Below, in pieces: positions 52,398 to 64,000 of a stretch of 64,000 nucleotides of DNA (its first letter is position 1; every line of letters starts with the position of its first letter). Source of the DNA: Nemertoderma westbladi. Its lineage: Eukaryota > Animalia > Xenacoelomorpha. The stretch is from positions 62,001-126,000 of the forward strand of contig JAUCBJ010002506.1 in the NCBI GenBank assembly GCA_032718475.1. Reading direction: 5' to 3'. Below the pieces are notes generated by a model that worked only from the letters and a program-made list of their open reading frames with translations, ran no database searches and was not told the DNA's origin. The position numbers were made by a program, and so were the translations under genes.

Positions 52398-55198
52398 ATG
52401 GCTACTGCTACCGGTAGCCAACACCAACTCGACGAGGATGCTTCTTCCTCCATCACTTCTGACCACGGTGGCTCTCCAAATGTCGACGATTTGCGAGCTC
52501 TCGATTCGCGCGCTCTGAGTGGACTTAAATCTTCATTTACACGCGCCCACAACGCACTCGCCTACCACCTCTCGCTAACCGGGCCTGTACAGGACAACTT
52601 AGTCGACACGTCGTTCAACACTTTCAAACTATCATTCGGTAAGTACCGGAGCAAAACACATCAAATTTTACTTATCCCTAACTTTCGGGCTCAGAATAAT
52701 ACACTTTATAACAAATTCACACATGATTATGCCGAGGCTGAAGCCCGGTATTATCAACTGGAGCGCAAATATGCCGATTATCAGGAGGACGCACAAAGTG
52801 AATCTATCCCCGTAGTAGACCCACCAAATCTTCCTTCAGAACGGGCAAGGATGACTTCGCTCGCACTGCCCCACCCAACAGCAACAGGTAACATAAATAA
52901 TTCTCATGGTGATTTTACACTAACCCCCTTAGGTGACAAAACATCTAGTGCGGGACCGAGACACGTCCGTCGTTCGCTCACTACAGCCTGCATAGATGAG
53001 TATCACAATCCCACACCTTTTCGTGGCTTTTCATCGCCGGACCTAACTTTACTAAATGCAAATGTAGGCTTACAGAGCAATGAAATAGGCCTACCGGTAT
53101 CGGCACCCGATAACCCTAATCCCAATAGGGAAACATGTGACCAGGAATTATTAACTGATTTTTTAAACGCCTCTAGAGATTTCGTAATCCATAACGAATC
53201 TGGGTTTCAAAATACAATTAGGCCTATCATGCCTATAGACCTACCGGTTGACTGGTTGAGTACAATAAAAGTAACCCATTACCGGTACCTGCAGCACTGT
53301 CAGTACTGGTAGTTAACGACCATTTAAATCTAGGCGTCAGTGTGAATAATTCGAACAACACTGATGCGAGTCCCTTAGTTTCCCCTCAGGTTCCAGTCTC
53401 GACTTCGGTCAACTTAGTGGGGATTCCCTCCAACCCCTTGAGTGTTGTGAACTCTGTCACACAGGACAACCCCCAGACGAAAACTGTGGAAACTCAAAAC
53501 GGTAATATTGGTAATCAGGTAAAGTCGAGAATAGTAGACGTGAACCCTGGAGATTCGGTAAGTCAAATAAACTCTCACCCCACGATCTCAGCCGTCTCCA
53601 GTTCTAAACTGAGTGGATTAGCTCGCGCTACTCGACTCAAACTTATGAAATATAAGGCACAAATGCAAACGTACCAACATTTAGACGAATTATCTAAGAG
53701 GAGTAAGCAGATTCAACGCGATGCAAAATGCAGAGAGCTAGAACTGGAGGCGGAATTTTACGCAAACGAAATTAATGAACAAAACCGAAACGGCGTTGTT
53801 ACTGTATGTAGTGGTCCCACCCCTACTATACCAGTACCAATTACTACCTTGTCCACCGACAATATCCCAACAACCACGCCTACTGTAACTCTACCATCCC
53901 CTTACCCCTGCACTACCCAGTCATTTCCCCCCTCGCTACCCTCACAACCTATGACTGTGACGACACGTCCCAGCATCAACATCACCACCGCTATCCCAAT
54001 AGTTTGCTCGACTAATCACCCCCCTGTCACTGCTCACAAAACCACGCAATCTGTGGTCCTCCCGCATACTGTGAGTTGTGTACCCGCATCCTTGCCATCA
54101 ACTTTAAACCCTGATGTCGCACCCTTTAACCCCCCGACTGTAGAGTCATTGGCAACATTCCAACATCTACCATCTGTACCTACCAACCACTCGGCAGATC
54201 CATTGGTTAACTTTGGTAATATTTGCCCTTCTACTCTGTCAGCCCGACCTTTAAATAATCACACAAATCACCATCAATCATCTGCACAAACATTACCCAA
54301 CCCTAACACCATCAGTAACCATCACACACTCTCATCCCAAACTCCCGTCCCCACTGTTCCTCAACATTCACTCGATTACAAATCTGACTCAACTATTCCT
54401 AATCCCCTTGCTGGTAGCCTCAACTCAGAACAATCTGCCCTCCTAAAGTTGACGTTACCCACATTGCAACCAACCAAATTCGACGGCAAGTTACTAGACT
54501 ATGTCCAGTTTAAGCAGACATTCTACGACCTTATAGACTCTAAACCTATCCCTGACAATGAGAAACATATCTATCTTATACAGTTCACAGCTGGTGAACC
54601 CCGCCGCGTTGCCGAGTTATACCGCAGCTCAGACAATGGGTATACACTGGCTTGGGCCCAACTCGACAAGAGGTACGGACACCCCAGGGAAGTCTCGAGG
54701 TCTATCTTGAACCAGCTGACCCAGGGCCCTAGACTGAACCTCACGGCAGCCGACTTATTAAAGTTTATCGACGATATATCGATTAGCCACGCCACCCTGG
54801 AATCCATTGGTAGTTCGACCCGGTTGAATGACCCCAGCAATATGGATCTCTTAGCTTCCAGGCTGCCTATCGAACTGGTTAATCGCTGGACCCGTCACGC
54901 TACCAAACTTCATACCAACAAACGGGTGGAACCTCAGGTCTCTGATCTTGTCAACTTCCTAGACCAGGAAGTCAGCGTATTGAATTACTATGGCACTGGT
55001 AAACCAAAGACCCGACCCCCAGCTAGCTTTCCGGCACTCACCTCAGCAGTACCAAAACAAGTTAGGACTACGTCTACAACCCCTCTTAGACCTAGCCTTC
55101 CTCCCAATGCTCCTCAGTTACCCATAGATGGTGCACAAACCACCAGTGCCACCAGCCAGAATAGACTTCGCTGCATGTACTGTCGATGGAGGTCATAA
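52398..55198 (+). CDS. BEL gag, split by a 1-nt frameshift near 53252
   Basis: ORFs 52398-53312 and 53342-55198. BEL gag core LPTLQPTKFDGKLLDYVQFKQTF...EKHIYL...AWAQLDKRYG. Confidence 0.85.
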
Positions 55199-58100
55199 AA
55201 TCTATGGCTGTGATTCCTTCCTAAGCCTCACATATCATGATAAAGATAACTTCGTTGCAAATTATCCTTCCCATGACATGTGCCGCAACTGCCTTGGACG
55301 AGGCCATTTGACCGCTGACTGCTTGTCTAAATATACATGCAAGACGTGCAAGTCGAACAAACATCATTCACTATTGCATCCCCCCAATGCGCCATTTACT
55401 AGAATTCCTCACTCATCCGCTACCACACCCACACCCATGCCTCGCTCCACTGCGTCAGCCCCTAACAAACACGTGACAAGTAATCCCCCTATGTCTTCAC
55501 GAAATACCTGTCTTCACAGATTTCAAAAGAGAAATACTGTTCTACAGACAGTCCCTGTTCGTCTCACTTCAGATCATACTACAATGTCTCTTACAACATA
55601 CGCGTTGATTGACCCAGGCTCTGACCAATCAATACTCGATGACCGAAACTTGCCCCCATTAGGTCTCCATTGCACTCAGTATAGGACCATCCCAATTAGT
55701 ACCTGTCTAGACAAAGAGAGACTCATAGAAGTCGGCGCTATCAAGTGCAATGTATCTCCTGTCAGCAGTAATGGGACCCCTACACTAGTGAATGTCACTT
55801 TCGATGTCATCAAAGGGTTTAGAGACAACTTCGTAACCCCAAGGCGTTGGAATATCAGAGAATGGCCCCACTTAGCTGACTTAGACTTGAGTCATCCCCC
55901 TTTAGACATCCCTCAAGTGACAGTCTTGTTGGGACAGGATGCCCCAGTCGCCTTGATGCAACTTCAATCTCGCTGGGGCCCGAACCCCCAGACTCATCCG
56001 TACGCTGTTGAAACTCCGTTTGGATGGTCAGTCTGTGGCCCTAATCTTGCCCCAGACGATGACCTTGACATTTATCCCACCTCACAAATACATTGTACCC
56101 TATCTGACGTTAACGACTTGGATACACTCAATGACCGACATTCTCCCCCTGAACGAACTGCAGCTACTTTTGACCCTGGTTCCGATTCAAACTCTGAAGT
56201 GACCCAGAACCCACACCCGACAATGACTACATTGGTTCCATTCAGTCCCAAGACATCATCCAAACAATCTCAACATCCTAACATTTCATATTTAAACGAC
56301 CTAGAACAGAACCTTAGACGATTCTGGGAGATGGAAGTACATTCGTCTTCCTTAGGAAAGGAAATGTCCCCCTTAAACCTTCGATCCCAATCCATACTGC
56401 AGGCCATGCGCCTTAAACCCAACGGACATTACTCACTAGGTCTCCTGTGGAAACGAGACGATGTAACGCTCCCATGTAATAAATTATACGCACAACGTTG
56501 TTTAGTTTGGTTGGGGAAACGTCTCAGGAAGAAACCGGAAGTTCTAACTCTCTATACCACTCAGGTTGAAGACTATATATCACAGGGATACGCTAGGAAA
56601 CTCACCCCATCTGAGATTGACTCGCATGGCCCTCGTTCTTGGTACCTGCCGCACCATTACGTTCTATATCCCAAGAAACCCAACAAGATTAGAGTTGTGT
56701 TCAACGCAGCTGCACCCTACTTTGGCACTTCTCTGAATGCCAACCTAATCAACGGACCCGACCAATCCAACCTACTGTCTGGAATACTTTGCAAATTCCG
56801 TCGCCATGCTGTAGCATTCTCGTGCGATATAAAATCTATGTTCCACCAGGTCGAAGTCAACCCGGAAGATAGGGACTCCTTACGATTCCTGTGGTGGGAG
56901 AATGGCGACATGGATCGCAGTCCTACAGAATATTGGATGGAAGTCCATATCTTTGGAGCAGGGGACTCCCCAACTATCGCTCTCACAGCTCTGCGAAGGA
57001 CAGGTTCCGACAACGCACACCGATACCCTCCAAGAGTCAATGAAACAATTCAAAACGAGTTTTATTACGATGATGGTATGTCTGGTGCTCAAACCCCATT
57101 AGAAGCTGTAGATCTCGCTAAAAGTTTGATCGAATGTTTATCGCTTGGGGGATTTCACCTCACCAAGTTTCATTCCAACAATTCCGAATTTCTCAAGTCA
57201 TTAGACCCAACCTACCTTGCCATCCCGACTCATACCACTCGTGACTCTGACATACAGACAGCTATCACCACAGCCCTTGGACTTGTTTGGGACACTGTGA
57301 ATGACACGCTATCGATTGACATACGGCTGAAGGACACACCGTCCACCAAGCGAGGTGTCCTATCTCTAGTCAGTTCTCTATTCGACCCTCTGAGTTTCTT
57401 GGGCCCTGTTACCCTCTTACTGCGTATCCTGCTGCAGGATATATGGCGCCATAAACTTGGCTGGGATGACCCTATTCCACTACCACTAGAGACCCGATTG
57501 AACGAGTGGAAATTACAACTCACGCTACTGGTCGACTTCTGCATACCCCGGACTTACACCCCTATTCCTTTACCTGACAACATTTACGACATTCATTCCT
57601 TTTCGGACGCCAGCGACAAAGGGTATGGTATGGTGAGTTACCTTCGTACAACCACACCCGATGGCGCCATTACCACTGGCTTCTTGATTGCCAAGGCCCG
57701 TAGTGCCCCCCTCAGATATATCTCTATCCCCAGGCTTGAATTACAAGCAGCACATCTTTCCGTCGACTTGACTGTACAAGTTCGGCAAGAACTTGACATG
57801 CCCATCCGCTCTATGACATTCTGGACTGACTCAACTGTTACTTTAGGTTACTTGAGAAATGAATCCCGTCGCTTTAAGCCTTACGTAGCCAATCGAGTCA
57901 GCCTTATTCATGGTCATACCACTGTGGATCAGTGGCATCATTGCCCGGGGAATCTTAACCCCGCTGACTATGCGAGTCGTGGGTTATTGCCTCAGAGATT
58001 CCTACAAACGGAACAATGGATTCGGGGCCCAGACTTTCTGTCTCTTACTCCAGAATACTGGCCGGTCTCGCACAACGCGCCTTATACATTACCCTCCGAC

Positions 58101-59720
58101 GATCCCGAGCTTAAGTCTGACACCCGAGTCTATGCTATGAACACCATGGCCCCTTTGCCCCCTACAGACAAACTTATACAGCACTATTATAAGTCATACA
58201 GACTCATACGCGGTGTGTCTTGGTTCATTCGTTTCTTTGAATACCTAAGACATAAACGTGGTCCTCTACAACCCGGTAGTCCTCGTAAGTTGACCTCATC
58301 GGAGCTCGTCACTGCCAAACAGCGCATTGAACAGTACGTTCAACGAGTTGGCTTCCCAGGTGAGTATACAGCTCTAAAGTCTGGATCTCCAATCCCCAAG
58401 GTGAGTACAATCCGGAAACTATCTCCCTTTTTAGACGAAGACGACGGATATCTGAGACTAGGGAGCCGCGTTGCACGAGCACCCACGTCCTACGATGCGC
58501 GCTTTCCTATCCTTATACCGAAGAATTGTCACTATGCCAGGCTCTTGATACACGATGTACACATCAGACTTCGCCATGCTGGACAAAGTCACAGTCTGGC
58601 ATTCCTTAGAGAGCGTTATTGGATCATTAATGCAAGATCGTTGATACGAACCATGCTTAGTGCTTGCATTGCTTGCAAGAGATTGCATTCTCGCACGATG
58701 ACCCAGATAATGGCCGATTTACCTGAGTCACGACTCACTCCATATAAACCTGTTTTTGCTTTTACAGGTATGGACCTATTTGGCCCTTTTCTCTTTAAGA
58801 GAATGAGGTCCTTGATTACACGATATGGCATTATATTCATTTGTTTTAATTCTAGGGCGATTGCACTGGATATGGTAGAGGACCTCTCAACAGACCGTTT
58901 TATCAACGCATTACGACGTTTCATCGCCACAAGGGGAACCCCTCAACACCTCTATTGCGACAACGGAACGAACTTTGTCGGCGCCGAATCCGAGCTCAAA
59001 GAATCCCTCGCTCGAGTTGACCAAGACAAAGTGACTTCACACTTGAGAACATTGGACTGCACCTGGCATTTTCAGACACCGCTTGCCCCCCATACCTCTG
59101 GAGTATGGGAACGCCTCATTCGTAGCGTTAAGGACTCTCTATACGCCACCATCAAGGACTCAACCCGTATCAACGAGGACACCTTTCGTACCGTGCTGGC
59201 CGAGGTAGAAGGAATCCTCAACTCGCGTCCACTGACCCCGGTTACCGACGATCCGACCGCCGACCAACCGATTACTCCTCGGCACTTCCTCCTCAGGAAC
59301 CCTGTCCAACTATCCCCACCAGGGAAGTTTGACCGTAAAGACGAACTCGGCCGCAAATCCTGGCGACAGGCACAGGGCCTGTCTGATCGTTTCTGGGACA
59401 TATGGATTCGGGAATATATCCCTACGCTCCACAAACGTTCCAAGTGGACCGCGCCCCAGAGGAACCTCAAGGTGGACGATGTCGTGATCATTACAGATGA
59501 GAAACTCCCTAGAAACTCGTGGAGAATCGGACGAGTTTCTGAGGTTCGGCCCGGTAAAGATGGACGAGTTCGCACTGTTCGCGTCGCCTACGATAAGTCT
59601 GACCTCCTCCGTCCCGTTAGTAAACTTTGTCTGTTGGAGGGATCCGATCCCGATGAGATCCTCTCGTATTGGGGACGTACACCTGAGGACGACGGAAACG
59701 GACTGAAGAACTCCGATTGA
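55128..59720 (+). CDS. BEL zinc knuckles plus pol (protease, RT, RNase H, integrase), 1530 codons open
   Basis: CRNCLGRGH..C and CKTC..HHSLLH knuckles, ALIDPGS protease, YLPHH/KIRVVFNAAA/DIKSMF/YYDD RT, FSDAS/IPRLEL/WTDS RNase H, and HHCC plus DLFGP/DNGTNF/GVWERLI integrase. Confidence 0.96.
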   Translation: MVHKPPVPPARIDFAACTVDGGHKIYGCDSFLSLTYHDKDNFVANYPSHDMCRNCLGRGHLTADCLSKYTCKTCKSNKHHSLLHPPNAPFTRIPHSSATTPTPMPRSTASAPNKHVTSNPPMSSRNTCLHRFQKRNTVLQTVPVRLTSDHTTMSLTTYALIDPGSDQSILDDRNLPPLGLHCTQYRTIPISTCLDKERLIEVGAIKCNVSPVSSNGTPTLVNVTFDVIKGFRDNFVTPRRWNIREWPHLADLDLSHPPLDIPQVTVLLGQDAPVALMQLQSRWGPNPQTHPYAVETPFGWSVCGPNLAPDDDLDIYPTSQIHCTLSDVNDLDTLNDRHSPPERTAATFDPGSDSNSEVTQNPHPTMTTLVPFSPKTSSKQSQHPNISYLNDLEQNLRRFWEMEVHSSSLGKEMSPLNLRSQSILQAMRLKPNGHYSLGLLWKRDDVTLPCNKLYAQRCLVWLGKRLRKKPEVLTLYTTQVEDYISQGYARKLTPSEIDSHGPRSWYLPHHYVLYPKKPNKIRVVFNAAAPYFGTSLNANLINGPDQSNLLSGILCKFRRHAVAFSCDIKSMFHQVEVNPEDRDSLRFLWWENGDMDRSPTEYWMEVHIFGAGDSPTIALTALRRTGSDNAHRYPPRVNETIQNEFYYDDGMSGAQTPLEAVDLAKSLIECLSLGGFHLTKFHSNNSEFLKSLDPTYLAIPTHTTRDSDIQTAITTALGLVWDTVNDTLSIDIRLKDTPSTKRGVLSLVSSLFDPLSFLGPVTLLLRILLQDIWRHKLGWDDPIPLPLETRLNEWKLQLTLLVDFCIPRTYTPIPLPDNIYDIHSFSDASDKGYGMVSYLRTTTPDGAITTGFLIAKARSAPLRYISIPRLELQAAHLSVDLTVQVRQELDMPIRSMTFWTDSTVTLGYLRNESRRFKPYVANRVSLIHGHTTVDQWHHCPGNLNPADYASRGLLPQRFLQTEQWIRGPDFLSLTPEYWPVSHNAPYTLPSDDPELKSDTRVYAMNTMAPLPPTDKLIQHYYKSYRLIRGVSWFIRFFEYLRHKRGPLQPGSPRKLTSSELVTAKQRIEQYVQRVGFPGEYTALKSGSPIPKVSTIRKLSPFLDEDDGYLRLGSRVARAPTSYDARFPILIPKNCHYARLLIHDVHIRLRHAGQSHSLAFLRERYWIINARSLIRTMLSACIACKRLHSRTMTQIMADLPESRLTPYKPVFAFTGMDLFGPFLFKRMRSLITRYGIIFICFNSRAIALDMVEDLSTDRFINALRRFIATRGTPQHLYCDNGTNFVGAESELKESLARVDQDKVTSHLRTLDCTWHFQTPLAPHTSGVWERLIRSVKDSLYATIKDSTRINEDTFRTVLAEVEGILNSRPLTPVTDDPTADQPITPRHFLLRNPVQLSPPGKFDRKDELGRKSWRQAQGLSDRFWDIWIREYIPTLHKRSKWTAPQRNLKVDDVVIITDEKLPRNSWRIGRVSEVRPGKDGRVRTVRVAYDKSDLLRPVSKLCLLEGSDPDEILSYWGRTPEDDGNGLKNSD

Positions 59721-59952
59721 ACACAAACTCAATGTAACATTGTTTCGAACTCAAATTCGATGTCGCGTCGCCTCGAACATGGAACTCTCTCATTATCTCA
59801 CACGTACTAACTCGTTGTTGATATTAACCCTTTAGTATGGTGGCGGTTGAGTATTTCCTTGGTTATACGTAGACTTGTACACCCTATCACTATCTATATC
59901 GCGTTGGTTTTCCTATGTCTCATTTTGGCACTCCCTGCCAAGAGGGGCGGTG

Positions 59953-61696
59953 TGTCAACCAACGCTCTAACATTTCCTTTAACATTCACTTTATATCACT
60001 CGATTTACTTTACCTCACTCGCTTTACCCGCCTTTAATCGATTTCTCTCTCTCTCTCTCTCTCACTCACTCTCTCTCTCACTCTGTGTTAATTACTTTCA
60101 CTTTCTTACCAACTCCACACGTGAGTTGATTGTGGTAGTACTTGACCTCACCCTCTCAATTACTTTCACTTTCTTACTAACTCCACACGTGAGTTGATTG
60201 TGGTAGTACTTGACCTCACCCTCTCAATTACTTTCACTTTCTTACTAACTCCGATCGCGAGTTGTTAGTGCTAGTACTTGACCTCACCCTCTCAATTACT
60301 TTCACTTTCTTACTAACTCCACACGTGAGTTGATTGTGCTAGTACTTGACCTCACCCTCTCAATTACTTTCACTTTCTTACTAACTCCACACGTGAGTTG
60401 ATTGTGCTAGTACTTGACCTCACCCTCTCAATTACTTTCACTTTCTTCTAACTCTACACGTGAGTTGATTGTGTTAGTACTTGACGCCCTGTCCTCTCTT
60501 ATTTTCGCCTCAGTTATGTATTTATCGTTTTGTCCCAAAATTGTAATACTCACTTCGTCCCCAAATTATGTCATTGTTGTCGCCGGTATTTTAATCAAAA
60601 GGTTCGCATGTTTGCATACTTGTACACACACATATCGAAAAACTAGGCTTTCATTCCCGTAGATTGACCAGTCTATCTATAGCAGAAACTAACAAAATTC
60701 CTTGACTTGGTGCGGCACCCTCAATATAATCTGACCATTTAAATCATCAAAATACGTACGACACACCCATCCATCTTACTAACATGATCATTTCGTACAG
60801 TACGTGGACTCGGGTTACAGCGGGATTCCACATTTCATTCATATAATAAACCCCCCAAGTCTTGTCTTACTAACATGATCATTTTGTACAGTACGTGGAC
60901 TCGGGTTACAGCGGGATTCCACATTTCATTCATATAATAAACCCCCCCTCAGTCCCACTAACATTATCAAGTACTGTAAGTGGCCCCAGGTGAAAGCGGG
61001 ATGCCACATGTTCATTCATATAACCACCCCCCTCTCGATATATTATACTGACATTATATTATATAATTAATAATAATAACCCTTCACAACGCCCATCAAC
61101 CTCAAACAGAATTATTGAATCTCTGCACATTCATTGGTCGAATCTACTAATTTGTTAGCCCTAGTATGCCTGTCATGTGTTACATCAATGCAAACCTCAT
61201 GTTTTAGGCCTGACCCCCTCCATTCAGCATCTTGACCTCCTGTTATCACCTCGCGATGTAATAATTTACCATTATATACTTCATTCTGACCAATTTCGTC
61301 AGTCTTCCTATTTTCTCCACCGGTTGTCACAAATTGTTTTTTACCGCTCGCTCGCTCGCTCGCTCGCTCGCTCGCTCGCTCACTCCCCGTCCGCTCGCTT
61401 GCTCGCCTTTTCATTTGTCCCATTTCATTTACTTTGATAACACTTTATTTCTGCTGATATTTGTAACCACATATACTCGAAGTAAATGTTTCATTCATTT
61501 CCCCTCCCCTTATTTTATCAACATTTTTACTACGTTATCGAAATATATTATGTTATTTATTAGTGCTTTTATTGTCCTCATTTCATTATCATAACTGCCC
61601 GTGATTTGTAAATACAAAACGATTGAATGCGAGCGCGTTAATAAAGAAACTCAATTTTGCAACCGAAACCTCCCTTGAGTGTCCCAATGATAGACA
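59953..61696 (+). repeat. 3' LTR (1744 bp, about 6 copies of the 68-bp unit)
   Basis: TGTCAACCAACG...ATGATAGACA. Confidence 0.93.
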
Positions 61697-63397
61697 CGGG
61701 GGCATATGGCAGTGCGGGAAGGAGTCTCCATAGGATAGTATAGGCGTCGTGATGCATTGGGCAGGAACTTCCAGACTGTAGCGAGAATGATGAGTTACCC
61801 ACAAACAGAATTATACTGGGATAAAGCTGTATGATGCCGCTGGCTACTGGTCCCTCATAAAAGCCAGCTTCCCAAACTCAAAGCATATTTATTACCAGTA
61901 ACCACACCAACTGGACCACACACACTCACTCTCACTCCAAACTATATATAATATGCCCAAGGGCAGCCATTGGCCGTGGAGAATTAGAAGGGAGGGCACA
62001 CAAGCAGAGATACCATCTCGCAGAGATATAAGCACTGTACTGTGTAAGGTTGGGCAATCCGTCAATGCAACGGTTGCATAGCAACCGGTACAGCAGTAGC
62101 ACACTGCCGCCAACAAGCAGAGAGGGTAAAGGGGTGGATAGGGAGTGATTCACTATGATTACATCACGCAAGGCATTAGATGTCAAATTATAAAACGAGA
62201 GAGGTTAATAAACTGGAGGGCCTTATTTTAGGAAGTACTTGAGGGTTTACGATTACTTAATGTCAAATAGTTGTCGGCATATTGGCTACATTTGTAAATA
62301 CGAATTATATTATTTATATAAAATCTCAATTAATTATTAATAGCGCAGGAAATAGATGGCTGCATTAGCCCCAAATATAAATAATATTAAACAATAGGTT
62401 CATTGCTTAGTAATTGCATATCTTAAAATTATACTAAAATTATCCAATTAATTAAATTATGATACGGATCGGTTTTACACGGCCCGGGCCCGTTAATTTA
62501 AATTTTTCTAAACATTACAGCACAAAATAAAATTTTAACTTTTCTGATCAATTTACATAGGCCTATTGTACACTGATTCCAAATATTATATCTGTTTGTC
62601 ATCGTGGAAAGTTCTGGTTGTTTGTGAATTAGACAAAGACACACGGTAGACACACGTCGTTAAACAAAGACACAAATAAATCATGAAACAACCCTAGTTA
62701 CAGGAAAATTATATATATATATTTGATTAAATTTTGTCATAAACGTGATAAAAAGTGCAACACAAATGTTCATATTTTTGTGTTTTGTTAACTGGATAAT
62801 ATAAATTCAACAATAGCGGGCTTTCCAATATTTAGAATGCGGCCCAAGCACGGCCCGGCCCGACCCGGCCTGTGTCCTGGGCTCGAAACCGGTTCCTCTT
62901 TAACCACTCACTATACATCTGTACTGTACATACAGGCCTAGCCTATACAGATATTCTTTTTCTTTGAGGCATAATTAACATTCTTACAGGTAGAGCAACG
63001 GTAGGAATTGTAGGTCGAGCAATGGAAGGTGACGCATTGGCGCCATTACTATTCGTTACCAACTATGGAGAATCTGGAGAACTATGGAAGGATCCCATTT
63101 CCACTGTCCGAGCTCGCTCGACGTCGACATAGTAGTAGTAGTAATGGAAGGAATAGTCTTTTACTTTCCTTTCCATTCAGTTTCCCTAGATATATGGTTC
63201 GAGCCCCATAATGGCCGGATATTTGATACATCACTGCACTAACCATGGAAACTAAATAAGATTATTTGATTGATTAATATAGGCCTACAAATTTATTATT
63301 ACCGGTAGATTAATATATTTTCACTATTTCCATTTATTGCTTTCTATTGATATATTAATTACAATATTCCAACACCATACCGGACACTGGTAGCTCA

Positions 63398-64000
63398 GAT
63401 TCACTGTCCTTAGTTCCAATTTAAACCTCATGCGATTTTAGTTCCAATGGAAAGGAATTTAGTTCCAATGGAAAGGAACTTAGTTCCAATGGAAAGGAAC
63501 TTAGTTCCAATGTTTCAAGTATGGGGCGAGCCATGTAGTTGGCGAATAATCTGTTGAATGCCCCTATTAGGGGGATGGAATAAACATGTAGCACGTGTTT
63601 ACGGTAACCGAAACAATTCATAAAACGCCCAACCTCCTAACCAAACAACGCCCAACCTCATAACCCAAACCACGCCCAACCTCCTAACCAAAAACGCCCA
63701 ACCTCCTAACCCAATGAACGCCCAACATCCTAAACCATACAACGCCCATCCTCCTAAACCATACAACGCCCAACCTCCTAACCAAAACACCGCCCAACCT
63801 CCTAACCCAAACAACGCCCATCTTCCTATACCATACAACGCCCAACCTCCTAACCCAAACACCGCCCAATCTCCTAACCCAAACAACGCCCAACCTCCTA
63901 ACCCAAACAACGCCCAACCTCCTAACCAAAAACGCCCAACCTCCTAACCCAAACAATGCCCAACCTCTAACTCAAACAACGCCCAACCTCCTAACCCAAA
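63398..64000. mobile_element. Left part of a foldback element (family of 33858) with an expanded 24-bp repeat running off the window
   Basis: TTAGTTCCAAT 21-bp units, a GGGGCGAGCCATGTAGTTGG block, then (AACCCAAACAACGCCCAACCTCCT)n. Confidence 0.75.

Larger units (their letters stand above)
49590..61696 (+). mobile_element. BEL/Pao LTR retrotransposon, near full length
   Basis: Two TG...CA LTRs, gag and pol in BEL order (PR-RT-RH-IN), and a polypurine tract AAGAGGGGCGG before the 3' LTR. Confidence 0.96.

Noticed and set aside
61697-62200. GC-richer segment to the right of the 3' LTR as a possible second retroelement
   Set aside because: No convincing protein motif, terminal repeat or partner copy was found.
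62990-63132. Phase-1 acceptor followed by 47 open codons (GRATVGIVGRAMEG...)
   Set aside because: It is phase-compatible with Tectonic exon 5 but shows no Tectonic similarity and has no other support.

Overview
AT-rich eukaryotic genomic DNA, most likely from an invertebrate animal (inferred from spliceosomal exons, a BEL/Pao element and CTCF-like motifs). It is dominated by transposable elements and minisatellites. Host genes are: five spliced exons of a Tectonic (TCTN)-like ciliary gene missed by the ORF track, with an upstream RFX X-box (10227-16194, +); an intronless intracellular serpin (-); an intronless, GC-rich and divergent sestrin preceded by clustered ATF4/CEBP-type elements (+); and a BTB pseudogene fragment. 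Mobile content includes a near-intact 12.1-kb BEL/Pao LTR retrotransposon, a 5'-truncated CRE-like non-LTR element (RT plus restriction-like endonuclease) nested in a hAT MITE, and many hAT, MULE-like, Harbinger-like and Helentron-like non-autonomous elements and foldbacks. Three observations stand out. (1) The CRE-like ORF stop codon is followed after 1 nt by the 3' third of a histone H3 gene, suggesting an H3-targeting or H3-transducing retroelement. (2) TA-flanked micro-insertions (TAGGCCTA, TACCGGTA, TACAGTA) are strongly enriched, appear as insertions when repeat copies are compared, and look like stacked transposon excision footprints. (3) A TE carries seven CTCF-like sites at about 146-bp spacing. 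All family assignments come from reading motifs by eye; no database searches were run.
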